Assembly: GCA_965223295.1 (NCBI GenBank)
Contig: CBDCWC010000003.1
Span: 896,001-960,000 of the forward strand
Source: Nitrospirales bacterium
Lineage (GTDB): Bacteria; Nitrospirota; Nitrospiria; Nitrospirales; UBA8639
Length of the DNA: 64,000 bases
Direction: 5' to 3'
Part shown: positions 1 to 9,521 of the stretch, piece after piece
Layout of the letters: the number at the start of each line of letters is the position of its first letter
Position numbering within the stretch: the first letter of the stretch is position 1
Made by a program: the position numbers and the translations under genes
The notes under the pieces: model-generated
Database searches by the model: none
What the model was told of the DNA's origin: nothing
Seen by the model: the letters and a program-made list of their open reading frames with translations, nothing else

Positions 1-192
1 TGCCGGGTCTCGTCCCGGCAGCCGAGGCCCTTTTGTTCCGGCAAAAGGACCCAAAACCATGTTGGCCGTGGCGTGGCCCTTCGGGTGCCTTGCGCGGTTC
101 GCCGACACCGGCGGCGCGCAAACTCACTACGCTCAGACAATGCACGCTTTGTCTCCGGTATCGGCTGCACTGCTCAGCGTCGCCACAAGACC
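1..192 (+). repeat. Structured intergenic repeat, family A, copy 1 (may be truncated by the window edge)
   Basis: TGCCGGGtctcgtCCCGGCAgccgag..cttttgtt..ggcaaaaggacccaaaaccat..aactc.ct.cgctca.aca recurs in reverse orientation at about 41497-41641. Confidence 0.75.
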
Positions 193-205
193 AGATTCTC
201 TTGCA

Positions 206-244
206 ACCCTCGCCCCCTCGGGGGAGAGGGAAGGGTGACGGGTG
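206..244. repeat. Palindromic REP-like repeat (ccctc..gggagaggg..gggtg.ggg type)
   Basis: Similar element at about 8026-8066. Confidence 0.55.
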
Positions 245-327
245 AGACGGTCGATTGTGGATGAATCCAGGATAGAGGTGCAAAAGGTTTCAGCTGAGAA
301 ATAACCAGAATAATCGGGTAGAAAGAT

Positions 328-2139
328 TTGGGAGACTTTTTTAAGATGGCAATTGTGGTTCTGATCTTCGGTCTGTTGAGTGGTCCCTCGTTAGCGTGGG
401 GACAATCGGTGAAGGCCTATGTGGATCGGAATCCGGTGATGGTGGATGAGACGTTTCGGTTGGTGGTTGAAGGAGAAGGCGTGTCATCCAGTGGTGAACC
501 AGATTTGCGCATGTTGGAAGAGAACTTTGCGCTACTAGGTACCAGCCATAGTCAGCAGATGAGTATCATCAATGGTCGCACTTCTTCTGTAACGAGATGG
601 ACGACCACCTTAGCACCTAAGCGAACCGGGATGCTGACTATTCCTGCCATTCAAGTCGGGAATCATTCAACTCTTCCTCTGTCCATCACGGTGAAGGAAC
701 CGACTCAGGCAACTGGAAATGATACTCAGCGGGATATCTTTCTTGAAGCGGAAGTCGACACACATGTCCCCTACGTACAGGGACAAGTATTGCTAACACT
801 TCGCTTGGTGTCGGCGGTTTCCCTGCAAGAGGGAAAATTGGATGATCCTGAAATAGAATGGGGCATGGTAGAACGTGTGGGCAAAGATACCTCGTATGAA
901 ACGACCCGAAATAGTCGGCGTTACCAGGTGACAGAGCGTCGTTATGCCATCACGCCTCAAAAAGTTGGAGCTCAAGTTATTCCACCGGTCTTGTTGTCTG
1001 GATCGATTCCAGATGAACAATCCGGGGGCTCGACGCTCGATCAGTTTTTTGGCAACCGTCGGCGAAATCGTAGCAGTGGTCCTTTCACCTCGTTTTTTCA
1101 AACTTTGCGCCCCATTCATGTCTTAAGCCCAAAAGTTTCTCTGACCGTCAAGGATGTGCCTTCGAATGTACAGGGCAAGGTTTGGCTTCCCGCTAAGGAA
1201 TTCATGATTAGGGAATCCTGGTCTAAGGATACGGCAAAGATCCAAATGGGCGAGCCTCTCACCAGAACAGTCGTGATGGTTGCAAAGGGCGTGCGCGGAG
1301 AACAGTTGCCAGAATTGCCAACACCCAACTATGGATCAATCAAAAACTATCCTGATAAGCCTACAATCAAGACAGATTTTGATGGCTGGTGGGTAGTGGG
1401 AACTCGGGAAGAAAAATATGCCTTGGTTCCCACGCAACCCGGCTCGGTGACCATTCCAGGTATCAGTATTCCCTGGTGGAATATTGAACGTGCACAATGG
1501 GAAACTGCCCAACTACCATCCAGAACATTAACGGTGGTCGGAGATATGCCCCCGCAATCATCTAGAACCAGAGCGTCTGAACCTCTTCACTTAGCTGATT
1601 CCGTAGAACACGATCCAATAGAGATTTCGCTTGCTGGATCAGATCAATCCCCCATCATTCACAGATCGAATCAATGGGCATGGATTGCAAGCGGGTTCAT
1701 GGGAGTGTGGGTTCTTACTCTCTTGGGTTGGTGGTGGGATCGGCGTCGACGAAACCAGGGAAACAACGAAGAAGTGGCGACAAAGGTTGAGAAGATTGTG
1801 GAGTCCGAACGTAAAGCAATCCAAGCTGTACAGGCAGCATGTCTTGAACAATCAGCACCAAGAACACGGGAAGCTCTTATAAAATGGGCGTCGATTAAAC
1901 AACAAGGAAAACCATGTTTAAGTCTGGGAACGGCAGCTCGAATGTTGGCTGAGCCTGTTCCAGATAATACAGGTTTGGAAGAAGCCATTTGGAACTTAGA
2001 TCGAACCCTGTATACTACAACCGAACAGCAGACATGGGATGGCCAACATTTCTGGAAAATCATCCAACCAGCTATCACGGCAAAGCCCCAAAAAGTGAAG
2101 AGCACGGACGAATCATTGCCAGAATTATATTTGCACTAA
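328..2139 (+). CDS. batD: BatD-family (oxygen tolerance/aerotolerance) protein
   Basis: Signal peptide, 'AYVDRNPV..DETFRL' start, repeated 'G.LTIP.I.V' beta domains, C-terminal TM helix. Confidence 0.8.
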   Translation: MGDFFKMAIVVLIFGLLSGPSLAWGQSVKAYVDRNPVMVDETFRLVVEGEGVSSSGEPDLRMLEENFALLGTSHSQQMSIINGRTSSVTRWTTTLAPKRTGMLTIPAIQVGNHSTLPLSITVKEPTQATGNDTQRDIFLEAEVDTHVPYVQGQVLLTLRLVSAVSLQEGKLDDPEIEWGMVERVGKDTSYETTRNSRRYQVTERRYAITPQKVGAQVIPPVLLSGSIPDEQSGGSTLDQFFGNRRRNRSSGPFTSFFQTLRPIHVLSPKVSLTVKDVPSNVQGKVWLPAKEFMIRESWSKDTAKIQMGEPLTRTVVMVAKGVRGEQLPELPTPNYGSIKNYPDKPTIKTDFDGWWVVGTREEKYALVPTQPGSVTIPGISIPWWNIERAQWETAQLPSRTLTVVGDMPPQSSRTRASEPLHLADSVEHDPIEISLAGSDQSPIIHRSNQWAWIASGFMGVWVLTLLGWWWDRRRRNQGNNEEVATKVEKIVESERKAIQAVQAACLEQSAPRTREALIKWASIKQQGKPCLSLGTAARMLAEPVPDNTGLEEAIWNLDRTLYTTTEQQTWDGQHFWKIIQPAITAKPQKVKSTDESLPELYLH

Positions 2140-2154
2140 CACATTGATAGGATT

Positions 2155-2190
2155 CCCCTCCTTTGTAAGGAGGGGCTAGGGGAGGTAGAG
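2155..2190 (+). repeat. REP-like repeat, family B (CCCCTCCTTTGTAAGGAGGGG..GGAGGTAG)
   Basis: Palindromic core; further copies near 42313, 47109, 48805, 49666 and 49786. Confidence 0.8.
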
Positions 2191-2242
2191 ACTGCAAGAT
2201 ACTTTTAGCTTTGAGATACGTGTAGTGCTGTCTTGAGCATAA

Positions 2243-2313
2243 TTCTAGATTGAGATGAAGAGATAGATATGACAAGCATGGTTGAGATTGGCGGTTTACG
2301 GAAATTTTTCGGC
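2243..2313 (+). repeat. Decayed duplicate of the RBS and first codons of the ABC ATPase gene (direct repeat of about 3036-3107)
   Basis: ttctagattgagatgaagag(a/g)tagatatgacaag(c/t)atggttgagat is present at both sites. Confidence 0.9.
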
Positions 2314-2327
2314 TCTCTCATTTTGGA

Positions 2328-2639
2328 GTGAATATGTCGGATACCAGTCTTTCTCCGCAACGGTTACGTATATTGTTAGAACAGTTCAAAAAAGACCATG
2401 GAAAGTATTATCAGTTACGTGCCCTAGGCTATTTTGGTTCGTATGCCCGTGACGTGGCTTCGCCTGAAAGCGATGTTGATATTGTCTTCGATACGGATGC
2501 CCCAAACTTGTACATGACTGTCATGCTGAAACAAGACTTAGAAGAAACAATAGGTCGTCCCGTCGATGTGCTTCAACTACGCGGCTTGACAAACTCAAGA
2601 CTAAAAGCGCGTATCGAGAGGGAAGCAATCTATGTATGA
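2328..2639 (+). CDS. Minimal nucleotidyltransferase (MNT) antitoxin
   Basis: FGSYAR..SDVDI motif, about 100 aa, overlaps the HEPN gene. Confidence 0.9.
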   Translation: MNMSDTSLSPQRLRILLEQFKKDHGKYYQLRALGYFGSYARDVASPESDVDIVFDTDAPNLYMTVMLKQDLEETIGRPVDVLQLRGLTNSRLKARIEREAIYV

Positions 2640-3006
2640 CTCAGAGTTGCTTGTGGAAAAGCTGCAAACTCTGCTTGAGGCTTTAGAGCGCATCCCACGT
2701 CGCTTTTCTGTTATTGCCAGGCCTGAAGATTTTACTTCTAGTGATGAAGGAATCGACCGTATGGATGCTATTTGTATGATTCTTATTGCAGCAGGAGAAG
2801 AGATTAAGAATATTGATCAAAAAACTGAAGGACAATTATTAAGCCGATACCCTGATATTAAGTGGCGTGGTGTCATGGGAGTGCGTGATGTGTTAGCCCA
2901 CGGGTACTTTCAGGTGAATGCCGATCAACTATTTGATATTTGTCAAAACGATATTCCAGCATTGATCACAACGGTGAACAAAATGATTGATGAGATACAA
3001 AACTGA
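2632..3006 (+). CDS. HEPN/DUF86 ribonuclease toxin
   Basis: 'YPDIKWRGVMGVRDVLAHGYF' contains the Rx4H motif. Confidence 0.9.
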   Translation: MYDSELLVEKLQTLLEALERIPRRFSVIARPEDFTSSDEGIDRMDAICMILIAAGEEIKNIDQKTEGQLLSRYPDIKWRGVMGVRDVLAHGYFQVNADQLFDICQNDIPALITTVNKMIDEIQN

Positions 3007-3061
3007 TGGAAAACTTGGAAGGCTCATTGTGTTATTTCTAGATTGAGATGAAGAGGTAGAT

Positions 3062-4018
3062 ATGACAAGTATGGTTGAGATCAGCAATTTACAAAAAACC
3101 TTTGGGCCGATTGTTGCCGTCGATGGTGTCTCCTTCAATGTGAGTAAGGGAGAAGTCCTTGGGTTTTTAGGTCCGAATGGGGCAGGGAAATCCACAACGA
3201 TGAAAATGATTACAGGGTTTCTGACGCCGACTAGTGGTACGGTACGCATTTGCGGCCATGATGTGCAGGATGATGCTCTAGCTGCAAAAACGCGTATTGG
3301 CTATCTACCCGAAGGCGCTCCGGCCTACCAAGATATGACGCCTGCTTCGTTTTTGACTTTTGTAGGAGAGATGCGAGGCCATCGTGGGGAGGCTCTCAAG
3401 CGTACCGTGCATGAAACCGTGGAAAAGGTGAATCTGCAATCGGTTTTGGATCAGCCAATTGAAACACTCTCAAAAGGATTTAAACGCCGCGTTGGTTTGG
3501 CGCAAGCTATACTGCATGATCCGGATGTCCTAGTCTTGGACGAGCCCACCGATGGGTTAGACCCCAACCAAAAGCACGAAGTCCGTACCTTGATTCGCGC
3601 GATGGCTCAAGAGAAAGCCATTATTCTTTCCACGCATATTTTAGAAGAAGTGCATGCCGTTTGTTCTCGGGCCATGATCATAGCGAAAGGGAAAGTCGTG
3701 TCTGACGGCACGCCTGCTGAATTGGAAGGACAAGCACCCACGCATAATACGGTTCTGATTACGGTGAGTGGAGTGGAATCAGCAATAGCCCGCGAACGCT
3801 TCATGACGGTGAAGGGAGTAAAAAAAGTGGAAGATCAGGGCAAAGATGGTGATCTTGTACAGCTGAGAATTTACCCCGAGGATGGACAATGGATTCTACC
3901 CGACGTTGGCCAATATGCGCGGGAGCAAGGGTGGGACGTACGAGAACTCTATCATGATCGAGGACAATTAGATGATGTCTTTCGTCTTTTGACCACGACA
4001 AAACAAGCACTTTCTTAA
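3062..4018 (+). CDS. ABC transporter ATP-binding protein (GldA-like)
   Basis: Walker A GPNGAGKS, signature LSKGF, Walker B LVLDEP. Confidence 0.92.
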   Translation: MTSMVEISNLQKTFGPIVAVDGVSFNVSKGEVLGFLGPNGAGKSTTMKMITGFLTPTSGTVRICGHDVQDDALAAKTRIGYLPEGAPAYQDMTPASFLTFVGEMRGHRGEALKRTVHETVEKVNLQSVLDQPIETLSKGFKRRVGLAQAILHDPDVLVLDEPTDGLDPNQKHEVRTLIRAMAQEKAIILSTHILEEVHAVCSRAMIIAKGKVVSDGTPAELEGQAPTHNTVLITVSGVESAIARERFMTVKGVKKVEDQGKDGDLVQLRIYPEDGQWILPDVGQYAREQGWDVRELYHDRGQLDDVFRLLTTTKQALS

Positions 4019-4055
4019 AACGTGACAGGATAAATGAGACCAGCAAGGAGGTATT

Positions 4056-4790
4056 GTGGAACGCATTCGAGTGATATTTAAGCGGGAATTAGCGGGATAT
4101 TTCGCCACGCCCATTGCAGCAGTCTTTATTGTCATCTTTCTGATGCTCAGTGGGGCCTTTACGTTTTACTTGGGCAACTTCTTTATCCGGGGACAAGCCG
4201 ATTTAGTTCCGTTTTTTGATTTTCATCCATGGCTCTACCTCGTACTCATTCCGGCTCTGGCGATGCGCCTGTGGGCGGAGGAGCGACGATCAGGCACGAT
4301 TGAATTATTGCTCACGTTGCCGGTCACCATGTGGGAAGCGGTCATGGGAAAGTTCTTAGCCGCCTGGTGTTTCACAGGCATCGCGCTAGCATTGACTTTT
4401 CCAATGTGGATTACCGTGAACTTGCTAGGCGAACCTGATAATGGAGTTATCTTTGCCAGCTATATCGGCAGCCTGCTAATGGCTGGTGGATTTCTCGCCA
4501 TTGGTTCCTGCATTTCAGCTCTGACTAAAAATCAAGTGATCGCTTTTGTGGTGAGCGTCGTGATTTGCTTGGGATTTATTTTAAGTGGTTTCCCCCTCGT
4601 TCTAGAACTCTTTAGCGGGTGGGCACCACAATTTCTGCTCAGTGCCATTAGCTCATTTAGCTTCTTGACGCATTTCCAGTCTATCAGCAAAGGGGTTTTG
4701 GATTTGCGGGATATTGTCTACTTCCTCTCACTCATTGCGTTTTGGTTATTTGCAACAGCAACCGTCATTGATATGAAAAAGGCCGAGTAA
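4056..4790 (+). CDS. ABC-2 permease (GldF-like)
   Basis: Six TM helices, 'MRLWAEERRSGTIELLLTLP' motif. Confidence 0.9.
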   Translation: MERIRVIFKRELAGYFATPIAAVFIVIFLMLSGAFTFYLGNFFIRGQADLVPFFDFHPWLYLVLIPALAMRLWAEERRSGTIELLLTLPVTMWEAVMGKFLAAWCFTGIALALTFPMWITVNLLGEPDNGVIFASYIGSLLMAGGFLAIGSCISALTKNQVIAFVVSVVICLGFILSGFPLVLELFSGWAPQFLLSAISSFSFLTHFQSISKGVLDLRDIVYFLSLIAFWLFATATVIDMKKAE

Positions 4791-4843
4791 GGTGTAAGGC
4801 CGCCTATGGCCCAAGAAATGACTAATCAATTTATGAGGGATCT

Positions 4844-6772
4844 ATGAATAAACGATTGTTGACAGGTACCGGAATTGCCCTGGCCGCGGTGTTGTTTGGG
4901 GCATTCAATATGATTAGTAATGCGGCTTTACGTTCGGCCCGCTTTGATTTAACAGAACATCAACTTTATACCTTGTCGGAGGGCACAAAAAACGTGCTTG
5001 GAAATTTGGCCGAACCCATCACGTTGCGTTTTTATCTGTCGAAAAAGTTAGCGACCGGCCTTCCTGGGATTAAGGGATATGCCACGCGGGTTCAAGAAAT
5101 GTTGGAAGAATATGCCCAAGTCGCAGACGGCCAACTTGTGCTGCATGTGCAAGACCCCGAACCATTCTCTGAAGAAGAAGATCGCGCCGTGGCTTATGGT
5201 TTACAAGGGATCCCATTAGATAACGGCAGTACCCAATTTTACTTTGGCTTGGCCGGAAGCAGCTCAACCGATGAGTTAGAAGTCATTCCGTTTTTCCAAC
5301 CAGAACGGGAAGAGTTTTTAGAATATGATCTTACGAAAATGATTCATTCCCTAGCCAACCCCAAGAAAAAGTTTTTGGGGTTAATCAGCTCATTGCCCAT
5401 TGATGGAGCAGGGGCGATGCCTATGATGCAGCAACCTGGGGGCAGCCAGCCCTGGTTGATTGTGACTCATATCGAACAGATGTTTGAGATAAAAAAAATC
5501 GAACCGACTGTGAGCACCATACCGGAAGACGTGAGTGTTCTGATGGTGGTGCATCCTAAAACCCTCAGTGACCCCACGCTCTATGCCATTGATCAGTTTG
5601 TCCTCAATGGTGGACACGCCATGATTTTCGTGGATCCACTCGCCGAATCCGATAGAAGTGGTGGGAACCCCATGAATCCCATGGGCGGTGGAGGTCCTGG
5701 AAAATCGGATCTCCCGAAATTATTCGAGGCATGGGGTTTGGAAATGGTAAAGGGGAAAGTATTGGGCGATTTGCCGTTGGCTAAGAAAGTGCAAATCCCG
5801 CAACAGTCCAGAATGCAGGTCGTCGACTATCCCGTGTGGGTGGATTTTCGGCCCGAACATTTTAGCGCGGATGATATTGTGACCGCACAAGTGCCAACAA
5901 TTACCGTAGCCTCTGCTGGCATCCTGCAAAAAAAGGGAGACGTGGGGACAGAACTCTCGCCATTAATCCAATCTGATGAAGCCGCTATGAAAATTGATGC
6001 TTCACGCTTATCGTTCATGCCAGATCTTGGAGGCATTCTCAGCAGCTATCAACCCGAAGGTGAAAAAATGATCGTGGCAGCCCGGGTGACCGGAAAAGTG
6101 AAAACCGCCTTTCCTGATGGCAAGCCCAAAGAGCCTGAACAGGAAAAATCCCCGAACGCTGCCCCTTCTTCTGATTCAGATGACTCGTCGTTGCCCAAGC
6201 CTCATATGGCTGAATCGAAAGATGCCATTAACGTGATTGTGGTGGCTGATACGGATATTTTACAGGATAAGTTTTGGGCACAAGTACAAAATTTCTTTGG
6301 CCAACGGATCGGCATTCCCACCTCGGGAAATGGGACATTCGTGACGAATGCCCTCGATAATCTGACGGGAAGCAATGATTTGATCAGCGTCAGAAGCCGG
6401 GCCGGCTATTCTCGTCCGTTTACCCTATTGCGTGAATTACAGCAGGATGCTGAACAGCAATTCCGCCAAAAAGAACAAGCTCTGCAAGAACGCTTAAAAG
6501 CCACTGAAGGCAAAATTCAAGAATTGCAAAGTCAAAAGACCGAAGGCAGCGCGATGATCATGAGTGTGGAACAACAGAACGCCATGAACACGTTCAGGCA
6601 AGATTTAGTCCAGGTTCGAAAAGAATTGCGGAGCGTACAGCATGAATTAGGCAAAAATATTGAAAGCGTTGAAAGCTGGGTAAAATTTATCAACATCGGT
6701 CTTGTGCCGCTTGTCATTAGCATTGTCGGAGTATGGATGAGTTCGTCCCGCCTCCGGAAAAAATCTGGGTAG
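4844..6772 (+). CDS. GldG-like ABC transporter auxiliary component
   Basis: 'RFDLTE..LYTLS.GT' and 'EYDLT' motifs, N- and C-terminal TM helices. Confidence 0.88.
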   Translation: MNKRLLTGTGIALAAVLFGAFNMISNAALRSARFDLTEHQLYTLSEGTKNVLGNLAEPITLRFYLSKKLATGLPGIKGYATRVQEMLEEYAQVADGQLVLHVQDPEPFSEEEDRAVAYGLQGIPLDNGSTQFYFGLAGSSSTDELEVIPFFQPEREEFLEYDLTKMIHSLANPKKKFLGLISSLPIDGAGAMPMMQQPGGSQPWLIVTHIEQMFEIKKIEPTVSTIPEDVSVLMVVHPKTLSDPTLYAIDQFVLNGGHAMIFVDPLAESDRSGGNPMNPMGGGGPGKSDLPKLFEAWGLEMVKGKVLGDLPLAKKVQIPQQSRMQVVDYPVWVDFRPEHFSADDIVTAQVPTITVASAGILQKKGDVGTELSPLIQSDEAAMKIDASRLSFMPDLGGILSSYQPEGEKMIVAARVTGKVKTAFPDGKPKEPEQEKSPNAAPSSDSDDSSLPKPHMAESKDAINVIVVADTDILQDKFWAQVQNFFGQRIGIPTSGNGTFVTNALDNLTGSNDLISVRSRAGYSRPFTLLRELQQDAEQQFRQKEQALQERLKATEGKIQELQSQKTEGSAMIMSVEQQNAMNTFRQDLVQVRKELRSVQHELGKNIESVESWVKFINIGLVPLVISIVGVWMSSSRLRKKSG

Positions 6773-6854
6773 AACGATTCATTCATCAAGACATATCGAA
6801 TTGACGTAGCTATCTAACAGTCAAACAAATATTTAGAATGCTTAAAGGAACGCT

Positions 6855-8009
6855 ATGAAGTCGAAAACGATAGGCCTCTTGGCCGGCATCACCATCCTGG
6901 GAATACTCTTAGCGATTTTTCTAAACCGTGAGCCTTCGTCCACCATTTCTCAAAGTGGGCAGAAACTGTTTCCTGAACTAACAAACCTTGTGAACGATAT
7001 AGATGAAGTAGTGATTCAGACCAAAGAACAAACCGTCACATTAAAGCGCGACGGTCAGACCTGGGGCGTAAAAGAGAAAGCCCGTTATCGCGCCAATTTT
7101 GAAAAGGTAAAACACGTTATTGTTGGATTAGCAGAGTTACGCATTGTTGAACCCAAAACCAAAACCCCAGAATTATATGAACGACTGGGATTACAAGATA
7201 CGGATCAAGAAGGCTCATTATCTAAGATGGTCACGCTGAAGACTACTGACAATCCCGAAGCAGCCAGAATTGTCGTGGGGAACCAAAAGCCAGCGAAAAG
7301 TAATCCGCGTATGAGTGATATCTATATACGGAAACCAGATGATCCGCAAACATGGTTGGTAACAGGCAATCTGCCGCTAGAGACTGTTTCAGGTGAATGG
7401 CTGGACAAAGAAGTCACAGCATTGACGACCAAACGTGTTCATCAGGTGACCGTGACACACCCAAAAGGAGAAACCCTTCATCTGTCTAAAGCGAAGCCGG
7501 AGGATTTAGATTTTCACCTAGACTCAGTTCCTGACGGCTTTAAGGTTTCTTCGCAGTTTAATGTGAATAATGTCGTGGGTACATTGGTACAGTTGGAACT
7601 AGAAGATGTGAAGCCACAAGCAGAGGTAGATTTTTCTGCTAATCCAGGGGTATCAGCAGTCTTAGAAACCTTTGATGGGTTACGCCTGCATGTGGAGACA
7701 ACCAAGCAAGATGAGAAAGTGTTGGCTAAGGTTTCGGCTGAATTTGATAGCAACATCATTCAACCCACAGAGTCTGATCCCAAACCAGAAGCCAGCGAAA
7801 AAGCTGATGATGCAGAAACCGCGACAAATGAGAACGATACGGCGACGGAAGCTCCTAAGAAAGAATCACTCCTTAAAAAGCCAGAGGACGTGCAAAAAGA
7901 AATTGAATCAATCAATCAACGCGTCAAAAACTGGGCCTATGTGCTCCCCTCCTTCAAAGTCGAAAACTTCTCCAAATTGAAAAAAGACCTCATTTCAAAA
8001 GAAGAATAA
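6855..8009 (+). CDS. DUF4340-domain protein (GldAFG-like operon partner)
   Basis: N-terminal anchor and its typical position after a GldG-like gene. Confidence 0.7.
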   Translation: MKSKTIGLLAGITILGILLAIFLNREPSSTISQSGQKLFPELTNLVNDIDEVVIQTKEQTVTLKRDGQTWGVKEKARYRANFEKVKHVIVGLAELRIVEPKTKTPELYERLGLQDTDQEGSLSKMVTLKTTDNPEAARIVVGNQKPAKSNPRMSDIYIRKPDDPQTWLVTGNLPLETVSGEWLDKEVTALTTKRVHQVTVTHPKGETLHLSKAKPEDLDFHLDSVPDGFKVSSQFNVNNVVGTLVQLELEDVKPQAEVDFSANPGVSAVLETFDGLRLHVETTKQDEKVLAKVSAEFDSNIIQPTESDPKPEASEKADDAETATNENDTATEAPKKESLLKKPEDVQKEIESINQRVKNWAYVLPSFKVENFSKLKKDLISKEE

Positions 8010-8025
8010 CAGGCAAATTCTTAAA

Positions 8026-8066
8026 AACCCCCCTCGCCATTCTAGGGAGAGGGTTGGGGCGAGGGT
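8026..8066. repeat. Palindromic REP-like repeat / possible terminator between convergent genes
   Basis: ccccctcgcc..gggagagggttggggcgaggg; related to 206-244. Confidence 0.55.
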
Positions 8067-8113
8067 AAAAACGCAATTAGGATGTAAAACACCATAAAAC
8101 TATTGTGTGCCAA

Positions 8114-8743
8114 CTAACTATCTTGTTCAGACGAACCTGTTAAAGCGGTCTGCAATTCCTCATACACTTGCATCAAACGCGAATCTTCTAAGCGATAGGC
8201 GAAAGCCAGGAGGATAACGCCACCTACCAACACGAGTAAACCCAAGGCTATCATTCCCATCCCCCAAAATATCCCCCCGACTGTTCCAAATCCTCCATCA
8301 ATCGCATACATGGCTAGAAATCCCAGCGTGCCCCCAATCACAAAAAGAAGCCAAATGGACGTCAGAATTGCAGAAGACCACGGGATTCGTTTGGATAATT
8401 GAAGTTCAAGCTGATCGTCCTGGAAGCGATAGTCCAGCGTTCCTTTCAAGGGCCATGCCGTTCGAAATCGTAAAGAAAACATTTTGTAATAAGGGCGAAT
8501 GACGATGGCTTGCTGATCCGCCACCCATCGAGCCACGCCATGAGGAAGCGGAATGGTACTGCTTGTTTTAAATATTCGAGGAAAGGAATTGTTTGGCTTG
8601 GGAAGTAAATCTTTGCGTCGGGCCAGTGGACATCCATAACGACAGGCCCAGGGCTTCAGCGTGGTGAATTGAAACCAGTCACCAATGACAAGGGCCAAAC
8701 CCATAACCAGAGCAAAAATACTGGGAAGCAACATAGGATTCAA
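8114..8743 (-). CDS. Hypothetical membrane protein
   Basis: 209-aa ORF with three hydrophobic segments. Confidence 0.7.
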   Translation of the reverse strand: MNPMLLPSIFALVMGLALVIGDWFQFTTLKPWACRYGCPLARRKDLLPKPNNSFPRIFKTSSTIPLPHGVARWVADQQAIVIRPYYKMFSLRFRTAWPLKGTLDYRFQDDQLELQLSKRIPWSSAILTSIWLLFVIGGTLGFLAMYAIDGGFGTVGGIFWGMGMIALGLLVLVGGVILLAFAYRLEDSRLMQVYEELQTALTGSSEQDS

Positions 8744-8795
8744 AACATATCACACGAAACCTTGAGACCACACGCAAGAAATTCATGAACTTTGA

Positions 8796-8825
8796 TTGAC
8801 TTCCATGTGATGCCTCTACTAGTAT
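8796..8825 (+). promoter_or_regulatory. Putative sigma70 promoter of the tRNA-fMet gene
   Basis: TTGACT (8796-8801), 18-nt spacer, TAGTAT (8820-8825), 5 nt before the tRNA. Confidence 0.5.
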
Positions 8826-8864
8826 CGATCCGCGGGGTGGAGCAGTCTGGTAGCTCGTTGGGCT

Positions 8865-9521
8865 CATTCCGTAGGATAATCTTGAGCACAAAGCTCAAAG
8901 GGGACATCGCAGAACAAACAGCCGTACTTCACGCTCTGAAGCATGGCTGGGGCGTTCTAAAACCACTAGGAGACCGATTGCCTTATGATCTGGTCTCTGA
9001 TGTTGGTGGGACGTTGGTGAAGGTCCAAGTCAAAGGAGCATGGTTCGATGAAAGTCGCGGCAACTTTATTGTGGACACTCGTCGAACAAAAACAAACCGT
9101 AGGAACATGGTTCGTGAGCCATATCTTCCATCGGATTTTGATTTTGCCCTTGCCTACCTTCAAGACTTTGACCTGTTCTATATATTCCCCGTTGAAGTGT
9201 TCATCAGTTATGCCAGTGAAATTCACCTGGTAGAAACTGACAAGCGGCAAAGAAAGCCACGGTCCGCTAAATACCGTAACGCTTGGGATCTCATCCTACA
9301 TTGGGCTGTACAGAAGGAAACTTCTGTATGAACACCTGTCAAATTCGGGGAAGCCACTAGCGGGGTAATCCCGAGCCAAGCTCTCTTAGTGCAAACAGCT
9401 GAGAGAGAAGGTGTAGAGACTTGATGGCAGGCACCCTAACGGCAGCGATGGCTGGCCGAGGGTGAAGGGAAAGTCCAGACCACAAACTGATCACTCAGGC
9501 AGCGGAAGCTGTAGTGGTACG
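8865..9521 (+). ncRNA. Group I self-splicing intron (657 nt) in the tRNA-fMet anticodon loop
   Basis: Follows U33 and ends in G. P1 GGCU|CA pairs with UGGGCU (9302-9307) giving a U.G at the splice site. P2 tacagaag-GAAA-cttctgta; P3 cctgtca/tggcagg; core elements aaattcgggg, aatcccgagc, gtagagact and aagtcc. Confidence 0.93.
8882..9331 (+). CDS. PD-(D/E)XK homing endonuclease, I-Ssp6803I-like, intron-encoded
   Basis: TTG start after an AGGA SD gives 149 aa: MSTKLKGDIAEQ..YDL..KVQVK..RRTKTNRR..EIHLVETDKRQRKPRS, which closely resembles the Synechocystis I-Ssp6803I sequence as I recall it. Confidence 0.9.
   Translation: MSTKLKGDIAEQTAVLHALKHGWGVLKPLGDRLPYDLVSDVGGTLVKVQVKGAWFDESRGNFIVDTRRTKTNRRNMVREPYLPSDFDFALAYLQDFDLFYIFPVEVFISYASEIHLVETDKRQRKPRSAKYRNAWDLILHWAVQKETSV

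Noticed and set aside
33-264. Small ORFs at the window start and at 41404-41691
   Set aside because: They lie within family-A repeats
8865-8867. CAT right after exon 1 as the real anticodon, or as a prophage-type att duplication
   Set aside because: Group I rules (exon ends in U paired with G, intron ends in G) place the junctions at 8864/8865 and 9521/9522; no integrase is present
8792-8881. N-terminal 30 aa of the 179-aa ORF in the track
   Set aside because: It overlaps the tRNA promoter and exon 1; endonuclease similarity and the SD point to TTG at 8882
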